A DNA stretch of 64,000 nt, from positions 124,001 through 188,000 of the forward strand of contig JAXLNO010000062.1 of assembly GCA_038087875.1 (NCBI GenBank), given 5' to 3'. This document shows positions 1 through 13,807 of the stretch, piece after piece (within the stretch, counting starts at the first letter, position 1; every line of letters starts with the position of its first letter). This stretch comes from Malacoraja senta. Lineage: Eukaryota. The notes under the pieces are model-generated. The model did not search any database and was not told the origin of the DNA. It saw nothing but the letters and a program-made list of their open reading frames with translations. A program made the position numbers and the translations under genes.

Positions 1-466
1 TCTCGGCAAATCTGTACGAAGGAAGCAAGCTTCAATGAAACAGGCAGCAGATCGAGGAAGCAAGGAATGAGTCTTTGAGGTGAATGATCATGTCATGGTC
101 AAGAAATTCACATCAGGTCCTACTTGGCTTTACGGAATGATAGCAGAAGTCATCTGTGAAGTCATGTACAACGTAAAGTTGAGGGAGGGAAGAGTTGTGC
201 GTCATCATGTAGATCAAATGAGAGCATACTTCCCAAAAGGTGACGAGCACACCAACTTCCAGCGAAGAGAAGTGGTTCAACCAAGCGAGGAGCCAATGAT
301 AGTTCTGCCTACTCCAACTGAAGGTGTAGATTCTGAAAGAACTTCAGAGAGTGACGAACCTCTAGCCCATAGTGATAACACAACATCACAACCAGAGCCT
401 GATATCTCAGGTCACATGCAAAGTCCAACACAGACAGAGAGAGATGCAGGTCTAATAGAACTATAA
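1..466 (+). pseudogene. Gypsy/Ty3 LTR-retrotransposon integrase C-terminal remnant
   Basis: Frame reads ...KQASMKQAADR..*VFEVNDHVMVKKF..PTWLYGMI..YNVKL..VVRHHVDQMR, a typical Gypsy integrase C-terminus, with an internal stop near 68; runs off the left edge. Confidence 0.7.
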
Positions 467-2130
467 GAACACCTAAAAGATATGAGGATTTTGTGCTTTA
501 TAAATGAAAACACATCAAGCAATGTGTCATTTATTTGGTTTGCCACACCACATTTATGGAAGATGGGTGGAATATTATGAAATAAATCATGTGCCAAGTT
601 TACTTTATGCATGTTTATTACAGTTATGATGATCTAATTGTAAGATGACTTTCATAATATGACTTGGAGGACAGTGTATTATTCAATTATAATTGTGTAA
701 AAGTTCATATACCGTGAAGGTGAAATCATTTTCACGATGCCAGGGTGTGTACCTGTGTGTTCCGAGTCTTATTTAAGGCCGTTTCCAGCACAAATACATA
801 ACATCCCCTCTCCACTCCTCTCCTCCCCTCTCCAATCCCATCCTCTCTCTCCCCACTCTTGAAATCCAGCACCAAAGATCACTGCAATATGGTGTAGGTG
901 AGAGATTCTCTCCTCCCCTCCCTCTCCCTCTCTCTCCCCTCAAATCCAGCACCAGATCATTGCAATATTGACTAGGTGAAAGATTGTCTCCTCTCCTCTC
1001 TCCCCTCCTCACCCCCCCTCTCCTCCTCTCCTCTCCCCCCATCTCCCACTCCCCTCCATCTCTCCCCTTTCCCCCTCACCTGTATTCTCTCCTCTCCCCG
1101 CTCTCCTCTCCTTTTACCTCTCGTCTCTCTTCTGCTTTCCTCCTCTCCTCACGCCCTCCCCTCCCCTCCGCTCTTCTCTCCCCTCCCCTCTTCTTTCCCC
1201 TCCTCGCTACTCCTCGCCTCTCCCATTCTCTCTTCTCACCTCCCCACATCTCTCTCACCCTCCCCTCAAATCCAGCACCAAAGATAATTGTAATATAGTG
1301 GAGGTGAGAGAATGTCCTCTCCTCTCCTCTCCCCTCTCATCTTTTCTCCTGCCCTCACCTCTCCCCTTTTCCTCATCTACTCCTCACATCTCTTTTCTTC
1401 CCAACTACCCTCCTTTGGTCCCTCTCCCTCTCTCTATCTCTCCCCTCCACTCAAATCCAGCAAATAATTGCAATATGGTGGTGAGATTATCTCCTCTCCT
1501 CTCCTCGTCTCTCATCACCTCTCCCCTCTACTCACCGCTCCTGTCCCTTCTATCCTACGTTCCTCTCCACTCCTCTCCTCTTCTTCCCTCTCATCCCATC
1601 ACCTATCATATCCTACTCTTCCATCTCCCTCCCCCTCATCTCCTCTCCTCACATCTCCGCTCCTCTCCCCTCCTGTCCACCCCTCCCTTCTCCTCTCCTC
1701 TCATCCCCTCTTCTCTCCACTCCTCTCCCCTCCTCTACTCTCCTCTCCTATCCTCCCCCCCATCTCCAATCACCTCATCCCTCCCCCTCTCTTCCCTGCT
1801 CCCCTCCCCTCCCCTCCCCTCATATCCAGCACCAAAGATAATTGGTGGATAGATAGATACATAGAAAATAGGTGCAGAACATTCGGCCCTTCGAGCCTGC
1901 ACCGCCATTCAATATGAACATGGCTGATCATCCAACAGTATCCCGTACCTGCCTTCTCTCCATACCCCCTGATCCCTTTAGCCACAAGGGCCACATCTAA
2001 CTCCCTCTTAAATATAGCCAATGAACTGGCCTCAACTACCCTCTGTGGCAGAGTTCCAGAGATTCACCACTCTCTGTGTGAAAACGTTTTTTCTCATCAC
2101 GGTCTTAAAGGATTTCCCCCTTATCCTTAA

Positions 2131-3905
2131 AGGTCTGTCTCACTGTGCGAGTTGACCCACGAGTGACCCCGAGTGAAAGACACGTGGTTGCGTACGAGAC
2201 TACAAGTTTATGATCCAGAGTTTAACCGAGTTCCCACGGGTATGTCTAAGTTTCCCGTTTACTTCTCATTTCTGCGATGTTCCAAGTTCCTCTCCCGTTA
2301 ATCTTGAGGCAACAATGTATATCGAAGTGTTGAAAAATCAGCACATGTTAAAAAAATGATGTCATGCCAGCAAAGAACGTAGAGACTATTGTGTTTGCTG
2401 CATGTGTTCTGCACAACCTGATCCGTATCAGAGGTGCAGCTTCAGGATCAGCAACAGCCATGCAGGACGGTGACTTAGTGGACAGTCAAACAGGGAGAAT
2501 AACACAAGGTGCGTGGAGGAGTGGTACAAACGACGAGACTTTGGTGCCACTGCAGTGTTTTCGAGGTAACACGGGGACCAACAGTGCAAAAGAGCAGCTC
2601 TGCTCCTACTATAATTCAGAATTGGACAGTATGCCGTGGCAGGACAGCTTATTTTGAGAGCCCACATGCAGAAAAATCCAGTTAATTTCATGTTTAGTTT
2701 AAATCCTGCTGACTTTTCATTGTTTAACTTTAAGTGTGGATTTTATTTTTTATTGTGGTGTAAAAGTAATTTAATTGCATCTGTCTTTCCTTTAAAACGT
2801 GGTTATCATGCATCTGCTTATCTGATTGTAGATCTCAAAACTTGTCATTTAGCGCATTGCATTGTATCTTTTATTGCCTGAATTTAGACTAGTGCATTTC
2901 TCAGCTGAATTAGTATATAGTGGAAATACTTTTATTTGTGCTTCATTTGTTGATTTTCATGTATGAGAAGCCCTTTTTCAGACCACTGTGTTGTTTGCTG
3001 TGGTGCTTCACCGTGATATGGGTTTGCAGGAAATTACGCATATTTCTCAATATGCGCAAAAAAGCGTTTTTTATATTGAACAAGAATAAAGACTTTGTTT
3101 CACATTCAAGACATTTGTTTCACATAAGACTTTGTCTTATTTTCTGATCTACTGAGAGGTGACAATTTTAAACATTTAAAAAGCACAGCATATGAGGCAG
3201 CTGAGTCCTTAAATCATACAAATGATTGTGAGAATCAAGATGTGAATATATTTTGCCTTCCTCTATTTTGTGTTTTATGATGAAAGGAATATTACATTCA
3301 AGTCATGAGACTTTGTAGTGATATTAAAATGAAGACTTCCAGACATCAATTTGATCTTGATAGCAAAGAACTCTCTTTTATTGTGCAATGAAGTAAACAA
3401 ACAGTGAGAATCAAACGGATCAGCAAAAAGCTTTTCAACACAACACAACACAAATTTATATATAAACTTCAAGCAATTTTTTCTTTTCAACCCACTCTGT
3501 CACCTTATCAATAACTTGCTTAACTTTGTTAAGCAGAATTTGTCTTTAAAAAGTCTAAGTAACTGATATTTCTGTCCCTGATTATTGTTTCTATAAAGAG
3601 TTCCCACGGTAGAATCACGAGTCACAAAGTTAAACGCACGGGCCACTACGTTCTTACAACGAGTTTAAATGTTTCAATTTTTATCCACAAGAGTACATTT
3701 TACTCGTGGAAAAGTTCAAACATGTTTGAACTTTTGCAAGAGTTAACAAGTTTCATGTGTACCTCCCGTTAGCGCCAAGAGTCGCTAAGTTGCGTCCACG
3801 AGTTCCGACGTTCCCGCTACGTTAATTGTACGTGATTACCACGAGTTAAATTTGTTTTAAACTCGGGGTCACTCGTGGGTCAACTCGCACAGTGAGACAG
3901 CCCTT
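2131..3905 (+). mobile_element. PIF/Harbinger DNA transposon, internally deleted
   Basis: ~44-bp TIRs (AGGTCTGTCTCACTGTGCGAGTTGACCCACGAGTGACCCCGAGT and its complement at 3861-3904); TTAA on both sides; the uninterrupted CR1 copy at ~30226 shows the empty site TTATCCTTAAGCTGTG. Confidence 0.88.
2364..2657 (+). pseudogene. Harbinger (DDE_Tnp_4/HARBI1-like) transposase C-terminal fragment
   Basis: VETIVFAACVLHNLIR...GAWRS...YYNSELDSMPWQ matches the ACxLHN and terminal PWQ motifs of Harbinger transposases. Confidence 0.8.
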
Positions 3906-6675
3906 TTAAGCTGTGACCCCTTGTCCTGGACTTCCCCAACATCGGGAACAATCTTCCTGCATCTAGCCTGTCCAACCCCATAAGAATTTTGTACGTTTCT
4001 ATAAGATCCCCTCTCAATCTCCTAAATTCTAGCGAGTATAAGCCAAGTCTATCCAGTCTTTCTTCATATGAAAGTCCTGACATCCCAGGAATCAGTCTGG
4101 TGAACCTTCTCTGCACTCCCTCTATGGCTATAATGTCCTTCCTCAGATTTGGAAACCAAAACTGTACGCAATACTCCAGGTGTGGTCTCACCAAGACCCT
4201 GTACAACTGCAGTAGAATCTCCCTGCTCCTATACTCAAATCCTTTTGCTATGAAAGCTAACATACCATTCGCTTTCTTCACTGCCTGCTGCACCTGCATG
4301 CCTACTTTCAATGACTGGTGTACCATGACACCCAGGTCTCGCTGCATCTCACCTTTTCCTAATCGGCCACCATTTAGATAATAGTCTACCTTCCTGTTTT
4401 TTCCACCAAAGTGGATAACCTCACATTTATCCACATTATACTGCATCTGCCAAACATTTGCCCACTCACCCAGCCTATCCAAGTCACCTTGCAGCCTCCT
4501 AGCATCCTCATCACAGCTAACACTGCCCCCCAGCTTAGTGTCATCCGCAAATTTGGAGATGTTGCCTTCAATTCCCTCATCCAGTTCATTAATATAAATT
4601 GTAAATAGCTGGGGTCCCAGCACTGAGCCTTGCGGTACCCCACTAGTCACTGCCTGCCATTGTGAAAAGGACCCATTTACTCCTACTCTTTGCTTCCTGT
4701 TTGCCAGCCAGTTCTCTATCCACAACAATACTGAACCCCCAATACCGTGTGCTTTAAGTTTGTATACTAATCTCTTATGTGGGACCTTGTCGAAAGCCTT
4801 CTGAAAGTCCAGATACAACACATCCACTGGTTCTCCCCTATCCACTCTACTAGTTACATCCTCAAAAAATTCTATAAGATTCGTCAGACATGATTTACCT
4901 TTCGTAAATCCATGCTGACTTTGTCCAATGATTTCACCACTTTCCAAATGTGCTGCTATCCCATCTTTAATAACTGACTCTAGCAGTTTCCCCACTACCG
5001 ATGTTAGACTAACTGGTCCGTAATTCCCCGTTTTCTCTCTCCGTCCCTTCTTAAAAAGTGGGGTTACGTTTGCTACCCTCCAATCCTCAGGAACTATTCC
5101 AGAATCTAAAGAGTTTTGAAAAATTATCACTAATGCATCCACTATTTCTGGAGCTACTTCCTTAAGTACTCTGGGATGCAGCCTATCTGGCCCTGGTGAT
5201 TTATCGGGCTTTAATCTATTCAATTTACCCAACACCACTTCCCGACTAACCTGGATTTCACTCAGTTCCTCCATCTCCTTTGACCCGCGGTCCCCTGCTA
5301 TTTCCCGCAGATTATTTATGTCTTCCTCAGTGAAGACGGAACCAAAGTAGTTATTCAATTGGTCCGCCATATCCTTGTTCCCCATGATCAATTCACCTGT
5401 TTCTGACTGCAAGGGACCTACATTTGTTTTAACTAATCTCTTTCTCTTCACATATCTATAAAAACTTTTGCAGTCAGTTTTTATGTTCCCTGCCAGTTTT
5501 CTTTCATAATCTATTTTCCCATTCCTAATTAAGCCCTTTGTCCTCCTCTGCTGGTCTCTGAATTTCTCCCAGTCCTCTGGTATGCTGCTTTTTCTGGCTA
5601 ATTTGTACGCATCATCTTTTGCTTTGTTACTATCCCTGATTTCCCTTGTTATCCACGGATGCACTACCTTTCCTGATTTATTCTTTTGCCAAACTGGGAT
5701 GAACAATTTTTGTAGTTCATCCATGCAGTCTTTAAATGCCTTCCATTGCATATCCACCGTCAACCCTTTTAGAACTAATTGCCAGTCAATCTTGGCCAAT
5801 TCACGTCTCATACCCTCAAAGTTACCTTTCTTTAAGTTCAGAACCGTTGTTTCTGAATTAACAATGTCACTCTCCATCCTAATGAAGAACTCAACCATAT
5901 TATGGTCACTCTTGCCCAAGGGGGCACGCACAACAAGTCTGCTACCTAACCCTTCCTCATTACTCAATACCCAGTCTAGAATAGCCTGCTCTCTCGTTGG
6001 TTCCTCTACATGTTGGTTTAGATAACTATCCCGCATACATTCCAAGATATCCTCTTGCTCAGCACCCCTGCCAATTTGATTCACCCAATCTATATGTAGA
6101 TTGAAGTCACCCATTATAACTGTTTTGCCTTTGTTGCACGCATTTCTAATTTCCTGTTTGATGCCATCCCCAACTTCACTACTACTGCTAGGTGGCCTGT
6201 ACACAACACCCACCAGCGTTTTCTGCCCCTTAGTGTTTCGCAGCTCTACCCATACCGATTCCACATCCTCCAAGCTAATGTCCTTCCTTTCCACTGCGTT
6301 AATCTCCTCTCTAACCAGCAACGCTACCCCACCTCCTTTTCCTTTCTCTCTATCCCTCCTGAATATTGAATATCCCTGGATGTTCAGCTCCCAGCCTTGG
6401 TCACCCTGGAGCCATGTCTCCGTGATCCCAACTATATCATAATCATTAATAGCTATCTGCACGTTCAACTCATCCACCTTATTACGAATGCTCCTTGCAT
6501 TGAGACACAAAGCCTTCAGGCTAGTTTTTACAATGCTCTTACCCCTTATTAAATTATGTTGAAAAGTGGCCCTTTTTGATTTTTGCCCTGGATTTGTCTG
6601 CCTGCCACTTTTACTTTTCACCTTGCTACCTATTGCTTCCACCCGCATTTTACACCTGTTTCTCTGCTCACCCAT
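3906..6675 (-). pseudogene. CR1 ORF2 (endonuclease-reverse transcriptase), open but cut near the C-terminus by the Harbinger insertion
   Basis: LNARSIRNK, GITETW, MGDFN, KSDH (APE); [24 protein letters not shown] (RT). The native C-terminus continues at ~1938-2130. Confidence 0.92.
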
Positions 6676-6829
6676 TTAAGAACCCCACTACCTCTTATTC
6701 CCTGTTTATTATTGTTTTCTTCTTTCCCCCCTACATGTTGGGTCTGAGTGCTTTCCTTCTCTGCCTCCTGCCTCACACACTGTCCAATAGCTTTCTCTAT
6801 TTGAGTCCCTCCTCCCAACCATTCTAGTT

Positions 6830-7428
6830 TAAAGTCTCCCCAGTAGCCTTTGCAGATCTCCCCGCCAGGATATCGGTCCCCCTCAGGTTCAAGTGCAACC
6901 CATCCTTTTTGTACAGGTCGCACCTTCCACAAAAGATGTCCCAATGATCCAGAAATTTGAATCCCTGCCCTCTGCACCAGTCCTTCAGCCACGCATTTAT
7001 CCTCCACCTCGCTCCATTCCTACTCTCACTGTCACATGGCACAGGCAGTAATCCCGAGATTGTTACCTTTGCTGTCCTACTCTTTAACTCCCCTCCTAAC
7101 TCCCTAAATTCTCCTTTCAGGACCTCTTCTCTTTTTTACCCATGTCATTGGTACCTATATGTACCACGACCTCGGGCTCCTCTCCCTCCCCTTTCAGGAT
7201 ATCTTGGACACGTTGAGACACATCACAGACCCTGGCACCAGGGAGGCAAACTACCATCCGGGACTCCCGACTGCGTCCACAGAATCGCCTGTCTGACCCC
7301 CTAACCATAGAGTCCCCTATTAGTATTGCCCTCCTCTTCTTTTCCTTACCCTTCTGAGCAACAGGACCGGTCTCTGTACCGGAGGCCCGGCCGCTGTCGC
7401 TACCCCCAGGTGGGCTGTCCCCCCCAAC
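6830..7428 (-). pseudogene. CR1 ORF1 SGNH/GDSL esterase domain remnant (frameshifted)
   Basis: ILIGDSMVRG, CLPGARV, VVHIGTND and DGLHLN blocks spread over two frames. Confidence 0.85.
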
Positions 7429-10005
7429 ATAGATTGTCTCCTGTCCTCTTCTCACTACTCCCTTCCTCCCCTCCGCTCTTCTCCCTCCTCTCTACTCTTC
7501 TCTCCTCTCCTCCCATCTGCCCTCTTCTCTCAAACCCTCCTCCCCTCCCCCTCCCTTCCTCACCTCTCCTCTCCTCCCCTCCTATCCTCTCCTGTCCTTA
7601 CCTATCCTCCCCTCTCCCCGCGTATACTCCTCATCTCCTCCCCTCACCTCTCCCATACCTCCCCTCTTCTCTCTTATCCCCTCCTCCCCTCCCGTCCCCT
7701 CTCCTCTACCCCCCCATCTTCACTACCCTTCAATCCCCTCCTGTTCCCTCCTTTGCTGTCCTTTTCCCTATTCCCCTTTCCCCACCAGTTGTCCGGTCTC
7801 CTCTCTTATCCTCCCCTCCTCTCCTCTCCACCCATCTCAGCTCCTCTACTATCATCTCCTTCCCTCCCCTCCCCTCCTCTTTCCTCCCCTCCCTCTCCCC
7901 TCCCCACCAATGCAGCACCAAAAATAATTGTAATATGGTGCAAGTGAGTGATTGTCTCCTCTCCTCTCATCTGACCTCTCCTCTCCTCCCCTCCCCTGTC
8001 ATCCCCTCCTCCCCAACCCCCCCTCTCTCTCGCTCTCTCCCCTGCCCTGAAATCCAGCACCAAAGATAAATGTAAAATGGTGCAGGTGAGAGATTGTATA
8101 CACTCCTCATCTCGTCTCCTCCTCTTTCCACACCTCCGCTCTCCTCTCCGCTCTGATCTCCTCCCCTCCTCTCCTCTCTCCTCCATTCCCTCTCCCACTC
8201 TCTCCCCTACCCTCAAATCCAGCACCAAAGATAATAGTAATATGGTGCAGATAGATTGTCTCAAACCTCCCCTCTCCTCACTCCCCTACCCTCCCTCCCC
8301 TTGTCCCCTCTCCTCTCCTCTCCACCCCTCTCTTCTCCCAACTCCTCTGCTCTCCTCCCCTCCGCTCCCCACTCTTCTCCTCTCCCCTCCTCCCCTCCAT
8401 GCCTTTCCTCAACTGCTCTCCTCTCCTACCCTCTCCAATCCCCTCTTCTCCTCTCCTCACCTATCATGCCCTCCCTCTCCTCCTCTCTGCTCCCTCCCCT
8501 CTCCCCTCTAATCAACTCTCCTCTTGCCCCTCCCCTCCCCTCTCCCCCCCTCTCCTCTCCCCTCATTCCCGCTCCTCTCCACCCATTTTCTCCTCTCCTC
8601 GATTCTCCACTCCTACCCTCTTCTCTCTCTCTCTCTAACCCCTCCCCACAAAACCAGCACCAAAGGTAATTGCAATATGGACTAGGTGAGAGATTGTCTC
8701 CCCTCCTCTCCTCTTCACACTTCCCCTCTCCTCTCCTCCTCTCTGCTCCCCTCCATCTCCTCCCCACCTCTCTTCTCCTTTATTTTGCTCTCCTCTCCCC
8801 TCGCCTCCCCTCTTCTTCCCTCCCCTCTCATCTCTCTCCCTTTCCCTCTCTTCTCCTCCCTCCCCACCCCTCCTCTACTCCTCTCTTCTCCGCTCATCTC
8901 CATTATCCAATCCTCCCCTCCCCACCCATATCCCCATCCTCACCCCTCCTTTCCTCTGCTCCTCTTCACTTCCTCCTTTCCTCTCCACTCCTCCCCCTCT
9001 TCTCCCCTCCGCTGCTCCCCTCTACTCTACTCTCCTCTGTCTCCTCTCCTCTCCTACCCTCCCCTCTCCTCTCTCTTCACCTCTCCTCCCTCCTCCCTCT
9101 CCTCCTCTCCTCTCTCCCCTCCTTGTCTCTTCTCTTCTCTCCCTCCCCTTTCCTCTCCACATCCTCTCCTCCTCCCTCCGATCTCCTCTCATCCCCTCTC
9201 TCATTTCCTCTACTCTCCACTCCTCTCCTTTCCTTTCTCCCCTCACTCCCATCCCTCTGCCCTCTCCTCCCCTCTCCTCTCCCCCTCCTCCTCCCGCACC
9301 TCCCCTCCGCTTTTCTCGCTCCTGCTCTCCTTTACTTTCCTCTCTTCTACCCTCTCCTCTTCCCCTCCCCTCTCCACTCCCCCTCCCTTCCTCACTTCTA
9401 CTCTCCTCTCATCCCCTCCCATCTCTCATCTCCCTCCCCTCCCATCTCCCCTCTTCTCTCCCTCCTCTCCTCCCCCCTCCTCTCCTCTCCTCCCCTCCCT
9501 CATCTCCTCTCGCCTCTCTCCCCCTCTCCTGCCCTTGTCTCCTCTCCTCCCCTCCCCCTCCCTTCCTCCGTCCCCTCTTCTCTCCTCTCACTCCTCACCC
9601 CTTTTGCCTCCCTCTCTAACACTCCCTCTCTAGAAAAATGTCATCAAAAACAAATTTTATTTTTCTATATCCATCTTTCATAATATATATAATGAACCCA
9701 AATGTATAGAATTACAACACAAAAAATATTTTATTTATTCAAACCAAATCCTCGAAATGTTTCTATGATGTTTATTGACTAATTGACTATTGAAAGTTTT
9801 CTTTGATGATTATTGACTAATTCACTATTGTGATGAAATGTGTTGCTATGCACATGTGGTTACCAAGAGTCAACAAGTAACCCAATGATGGATAAAATCT
9901 GAACAGTTTCATTGTCCTTATTTACCAATTAGTCCTTGGATGAAAATGGATACACTAAGGTTCACATCTAGAGAGACAGAAGTAATGAGAGAAATTGATA
10001 TTAAA

Positions 10006-10150
10006 TTCTTCTTCGTCTTCTTGCATATGGCGTGCACAGCCTAAAGTTGTAGGTCAACATGTTCTATTTGATCTATTTGTTTGTGCACATCGGTTGATTG
10101 CATTAGTTGAAACAGGGTGGACCATGTGAAGGTTGCAATCTTCCCACTCC
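10006..10150 (-). mobile_element. Short 5'-truncated non-LTR retroelement 3' end with GAA-type tail (RTE-like)
   Basis: Exact 9-bp TSD GATATTAAA (9997-10005 and 10151-10159); TTCTTCTTC-type tail at the left end. Confidence 0.65.
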
Positions 10151-10699
10151 GATATTAAACTTAAATTAATGGTTCCTTCATAGGAATTTTGTAACTAAAA
10201 TAACAAAGCTGAACATAATGTCAAGACCAACTCTTATCTGTCTGCACATTATCCATATCCCTCCATTCCCTGAATATTCATTTGCCTATCTAAGAATGTC
10301 TCTTAAATGCCACTATTATATTTGCATCCTCCACTAACTATGGCAGTGTGTTCCAGGTACTCTCCGAACTCTGTTTTAAAAATCTGCACTGCACATCTCC
10401 TTTAAACTTTGCCCCTCTGGCCCTTATATGTATGTTCTCTACTATTTGATATTTCCATCCTGGAAGTTTTGATGGTCTTCCCAACAACCATTGAACACAA
10501 CAACTCCAACTAAACTCCAAACTATGAACTCCTTGGGTTGCTCTCAGGACTTCGAGCCTTGTTTTTTTATTGCACTGTATTGGGATTTTTATTTGAAAAA
10601 ACAAATTTTATTTTTCGATATCCCTCTTTCATAAGAAGTATATAATAAACCCAAATGTATAGAATTACAACACAAAAAAAAAATCTGTTTATTCAAACC

Positions 10700-11927
10700 A
10701 AAAATGGTTCGCAATAGCTCTCCACATTTTCGCCAGTTCACTCACCGGTCTCCTATGCTGTGAATGCATCAATTTTCGTTCCGATCGGTTGAATGTCGTA
10801 AAAGTTAGCGAGGTTTAAAAATCTTAAAAACAGCGCGTGCGCAGATCAATCTCTTCTCCCGCCAGTCAGCGCCGCGCGGATTAGTCTCTTCCCCTGTCAC
10901 TCTCCGGGACGACCGCCCATTCCTGCGGCATTGCGTCTACTGAAGCTGAAGATGGTCGGACCAGACTGAATAGGAGGACCAGAAGCAGCGCAGCCCCAAG
11001 CAGCAGCCCAGCCTCAGAAACCCGACCCGATCCAGCCCAGCCCAGCGTGGGAGACCCAGGCTTGCCAGAGTCGGAAACCCAGCCCTGCCCAGAGTTGGAG
11101 ATGTCGCCGATGCTGCCAAACGGAAAGCGGAGACTCTGATCCCGGCGGGGGAAAACGACCAACGAACAGCGCCAATCGCACCGCCAATTCTAGCCACTAC
11201 CCCTCTGGTCCCCCTTCCTGGCTCTCCTACCCCTCCCCCATGGCTCTTCCCCATGTTTTCTCCGAGCTCACTCTCCCCCACCCACACACCCTCCACCCAC
11301 AACCCACCCTGCCCACACACACCCACCTCGCCTACAACCCCCACGCATACACACCCACCCCGCCACATCCTCCGCCCACACACCCACCCCGCCACACCCA
11401 GCCCCCCTACACAACCCCCACGCATACACACCCACCCCGCCCACCTCCCCCACAACCCCCCTCCCCCACAAACCCCTCCCCCACAACCCCCCTCCCCCAC
11501 ACCCCTGCCCTCATAACCTCCCCTCCACCACAGCCCACCTCCCCCACAACCGTCCCTCCCCCACACACCCCCTACCCCACACCACCCTCTCCCCCCCCGT
11601 ACACCTCCCCATCCACATACACCCTTCCTACACCCCACTTCCCTTCCCCCCTCCCCTCCCACCCATGAAGAGAGAGTGCTCGGGGATGAGTGGAAATGAG
11701 CCACGCCTGCGCAGTTAGGGGCTATGTGCGAGTGGTGGAATATTGCGTTGGGGGAACGGGTCGCGTTGGGGGACCAGGCCTCCCGTGTGACTGGGCCCCA
11801 CGGGTCCCACTTCGTTCAGTACATAACTAAAACTCTGATCTTATTATCTTCCGGTTTTTAGCGGTCTTCCTATTTGCGCAAAAACGGTTCGCGATAGCGC
11901 TACGATTTTTCGTCAGTTCACTCACCG
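10700..11927 (+). mobile_element. Non-autonomous Helitron-like sequence with a tail-to-head junction
   Basis: 3' hairpin GGGCCCCACGGGTCCCAC at ~11793-11810 is followed by ACTAAAACTCTGATCTT, resembling the 5' end of the Helitron at 63995; 10700-10747 is repeated at 11879-11927. Confidence 0.55.
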
Positions 11928-12092
11928 CAGTGTGTTCCAGGTACTCTCCAATCTCAGTTAAAAAAAAACTGCCTGCACATCTCCTTTAAACTTTGCCCAT
12001 CTGACCTTATATCTATGTTGTCTAGAATTTGATATTTGGGAAAAAAAGGTTTTGACTTTCATCCCAACAACCATCAGGCTATTGAACACAAC

Positions 12093-12592
12093 GACTTTGC
12101 TATTGAAGGAGTGAAGCGCAGGTTCACAAGGTTAATTCCCGGATGGCGGGACTGTCATATGCTGAGAGAATGGAGCGGCTGAGCTTGAACACTCTGGAGT
12201 TTAGAAGTATGAGAGGGGATCTTATTGAAACATATCAGATTGTTAAGGGTTTGGACACACTATAGGCAGGAAACATGTTCCCGATGTTGGAGAGTCCAGA
12301 ACCAGGGGCAACAGTTTAAGAATAAGGAGTAAGCCATTTAGAACGGAGTAAAGGAAACACTTTTTCTCATGGAGAGTTGTGGTCTGTGGAATTCTCTGCC
12401 TCAGAGGGCGGTGGAGGCTGGTTCTCTGGATACTTTCAAGAGAGAGCTAGATAAGGCTCTTAAGATAGCGGAGTCAAGGGATATGGGAGAAGGCAGGAAC
12501 GGTGTACTGATTGGGATGATCAGCCATGAACACATTGAATGGCGGTATTAGCTCAAAGGGCCAAATGGCCTACTCCTGCGCCTATTGTCTAT
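12093..12592 (+). mobile_element. CR1 LINE 3' fragment, degenerate
   Basis: ORF2 C-terminus (LWNSLPQRAVEA) and 3' UTR GAATGGCGG...AAGGGCC.AATGGCCTACTCCTG. Confidence 0.85.
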
Positions 12593-13580
12593 TGCCTCCT
12601 CCCCTCTCCTCTCCCCTCCACTCTCTCCCTGCTCCTCTCCCTCCTCACCTCTTCTCCTCTCCTACCCTCTCCTCCCTTCCTCTCCCTCCTCACCTCTCCT
12701 CTCCCATCTGCCTCCCTCACCACCCCTTCCCTTCTCTCCTCTCGCCCCACTTTCCTCGCTCCTCCTCTCCTATACTTTCCTCTCCTGTCTCCCCTTCCTT
12801 CTACTCTCGTATCCTTCCCTCCCCTCTCCACCTCTCTCCTCTCCTCCCCTCCCCTCTCCACTCCTTCCCTCTCCTCCCCATCCTTACTTCTCTCCTTTAC
12901 TTTCTTCTCCTCTGTCCCGTCCCCGCTCTTCTCACCTCCCTTCTCTACTCTCCCCCCTCTCATCTACACACCTCCTCTCCCCTCTCCTCCTCCACTCCCT
13001 CTCCTCACACCTCGTCTCCTCCCAGCTCCTCTGTTTTTCTGTCCTCTACCCTCCTTTACTCTACTTCCCCTTCTTCCATCTGCTCTCTTCTCCCCTCTCT
13101 TCTCCTCTCCTCTACTTCCCCTTCATTCCACCCTCCGCTCTTCATCCCCTCGTCTCTCAACACCCTTCTCTCCCCTCCTCTCCCCTGCCCTCCTCCCCTC
13201 ATCTCCTCTCCTACCCACTCATCTCCTCCCTCCCCTCTCCTGTAATCTCACCTCTCCCTCCAATCCTCTCCTCTCCACCCCTCCTCTCCTTTCTTCTCCT
13301 CGCCAATCCTCTCCTCCCCTCTCCACTGCTCTCATCTCCTCTCCTACCCTCTCCTATCCCCTCCCCTCTCCCCCTCCCTCTCCCCACCGCTCAAATCCTG
13401 CACCAAAGATAACTGAAATATGGTGCAGGTGAGAGATTGTCTCCTCTTCTCTCACTTTTTCTCTCTTCTTCTCCCCTCTACACTTCCACTCCATCTCCTC
13501 TCCCCCTCACCTCTCCTCCGACGTCCCTCTCTTCAACTCACCTCTCCTCTCGCCTCTCCCCTCTTCCCTCCCCTCCTCTC

Positions 13581-13807
13581 CAGGGCCGTCTTAACAGCAT
13601 TATAGGCCCCCGGGCAAAGCAGTGCACTGGGCCTCTACACTTCCAGTTTCTTTATGCCGAATCAAATATGCCGTCATGCACTTGCCATGTTCTTCTCTGT
13701 TTTCATGTTCTACAATAACATTCTACAAGACATAGATTAGCGTCGGGCGCCTATGCTCGTGGGCCCCAGGCAACTGCCCAGCGTACCCATGCGTTAAGAT
13801 GGCCCTG
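13581..13807. mobile_element. hAT-type MITE
   Basis: TIRs CAGGGCCGTCTTAAC / GTTAAGATGGCCCTG; 8-bp TSD CTCCTCTC (13573-13580, 13808-13815). Confidence 0.85.

Larger units (their letters stand above)
1855..7428 (-). mobile_element. CR1-clade LINE (HER1-like), 5'-truncated within ORF1, interrupted by a DNA transposon
   Basis: ORF2 with APE endonuclease and RT, ORF1 esterase remnant, CTAT-rich tail at ~1855; ATAGAT at both junctions (1849-1854, 7429-7434); the two flanks rejoin into one satellite motif. Confidence 0.93.

Noticed and set aside
3989..6442. Antisense ORFs over LINE ORF2 (also 30315-30707, 32363-32773)
   Set aside because: Shadow frames of the CR1 coding sequence.
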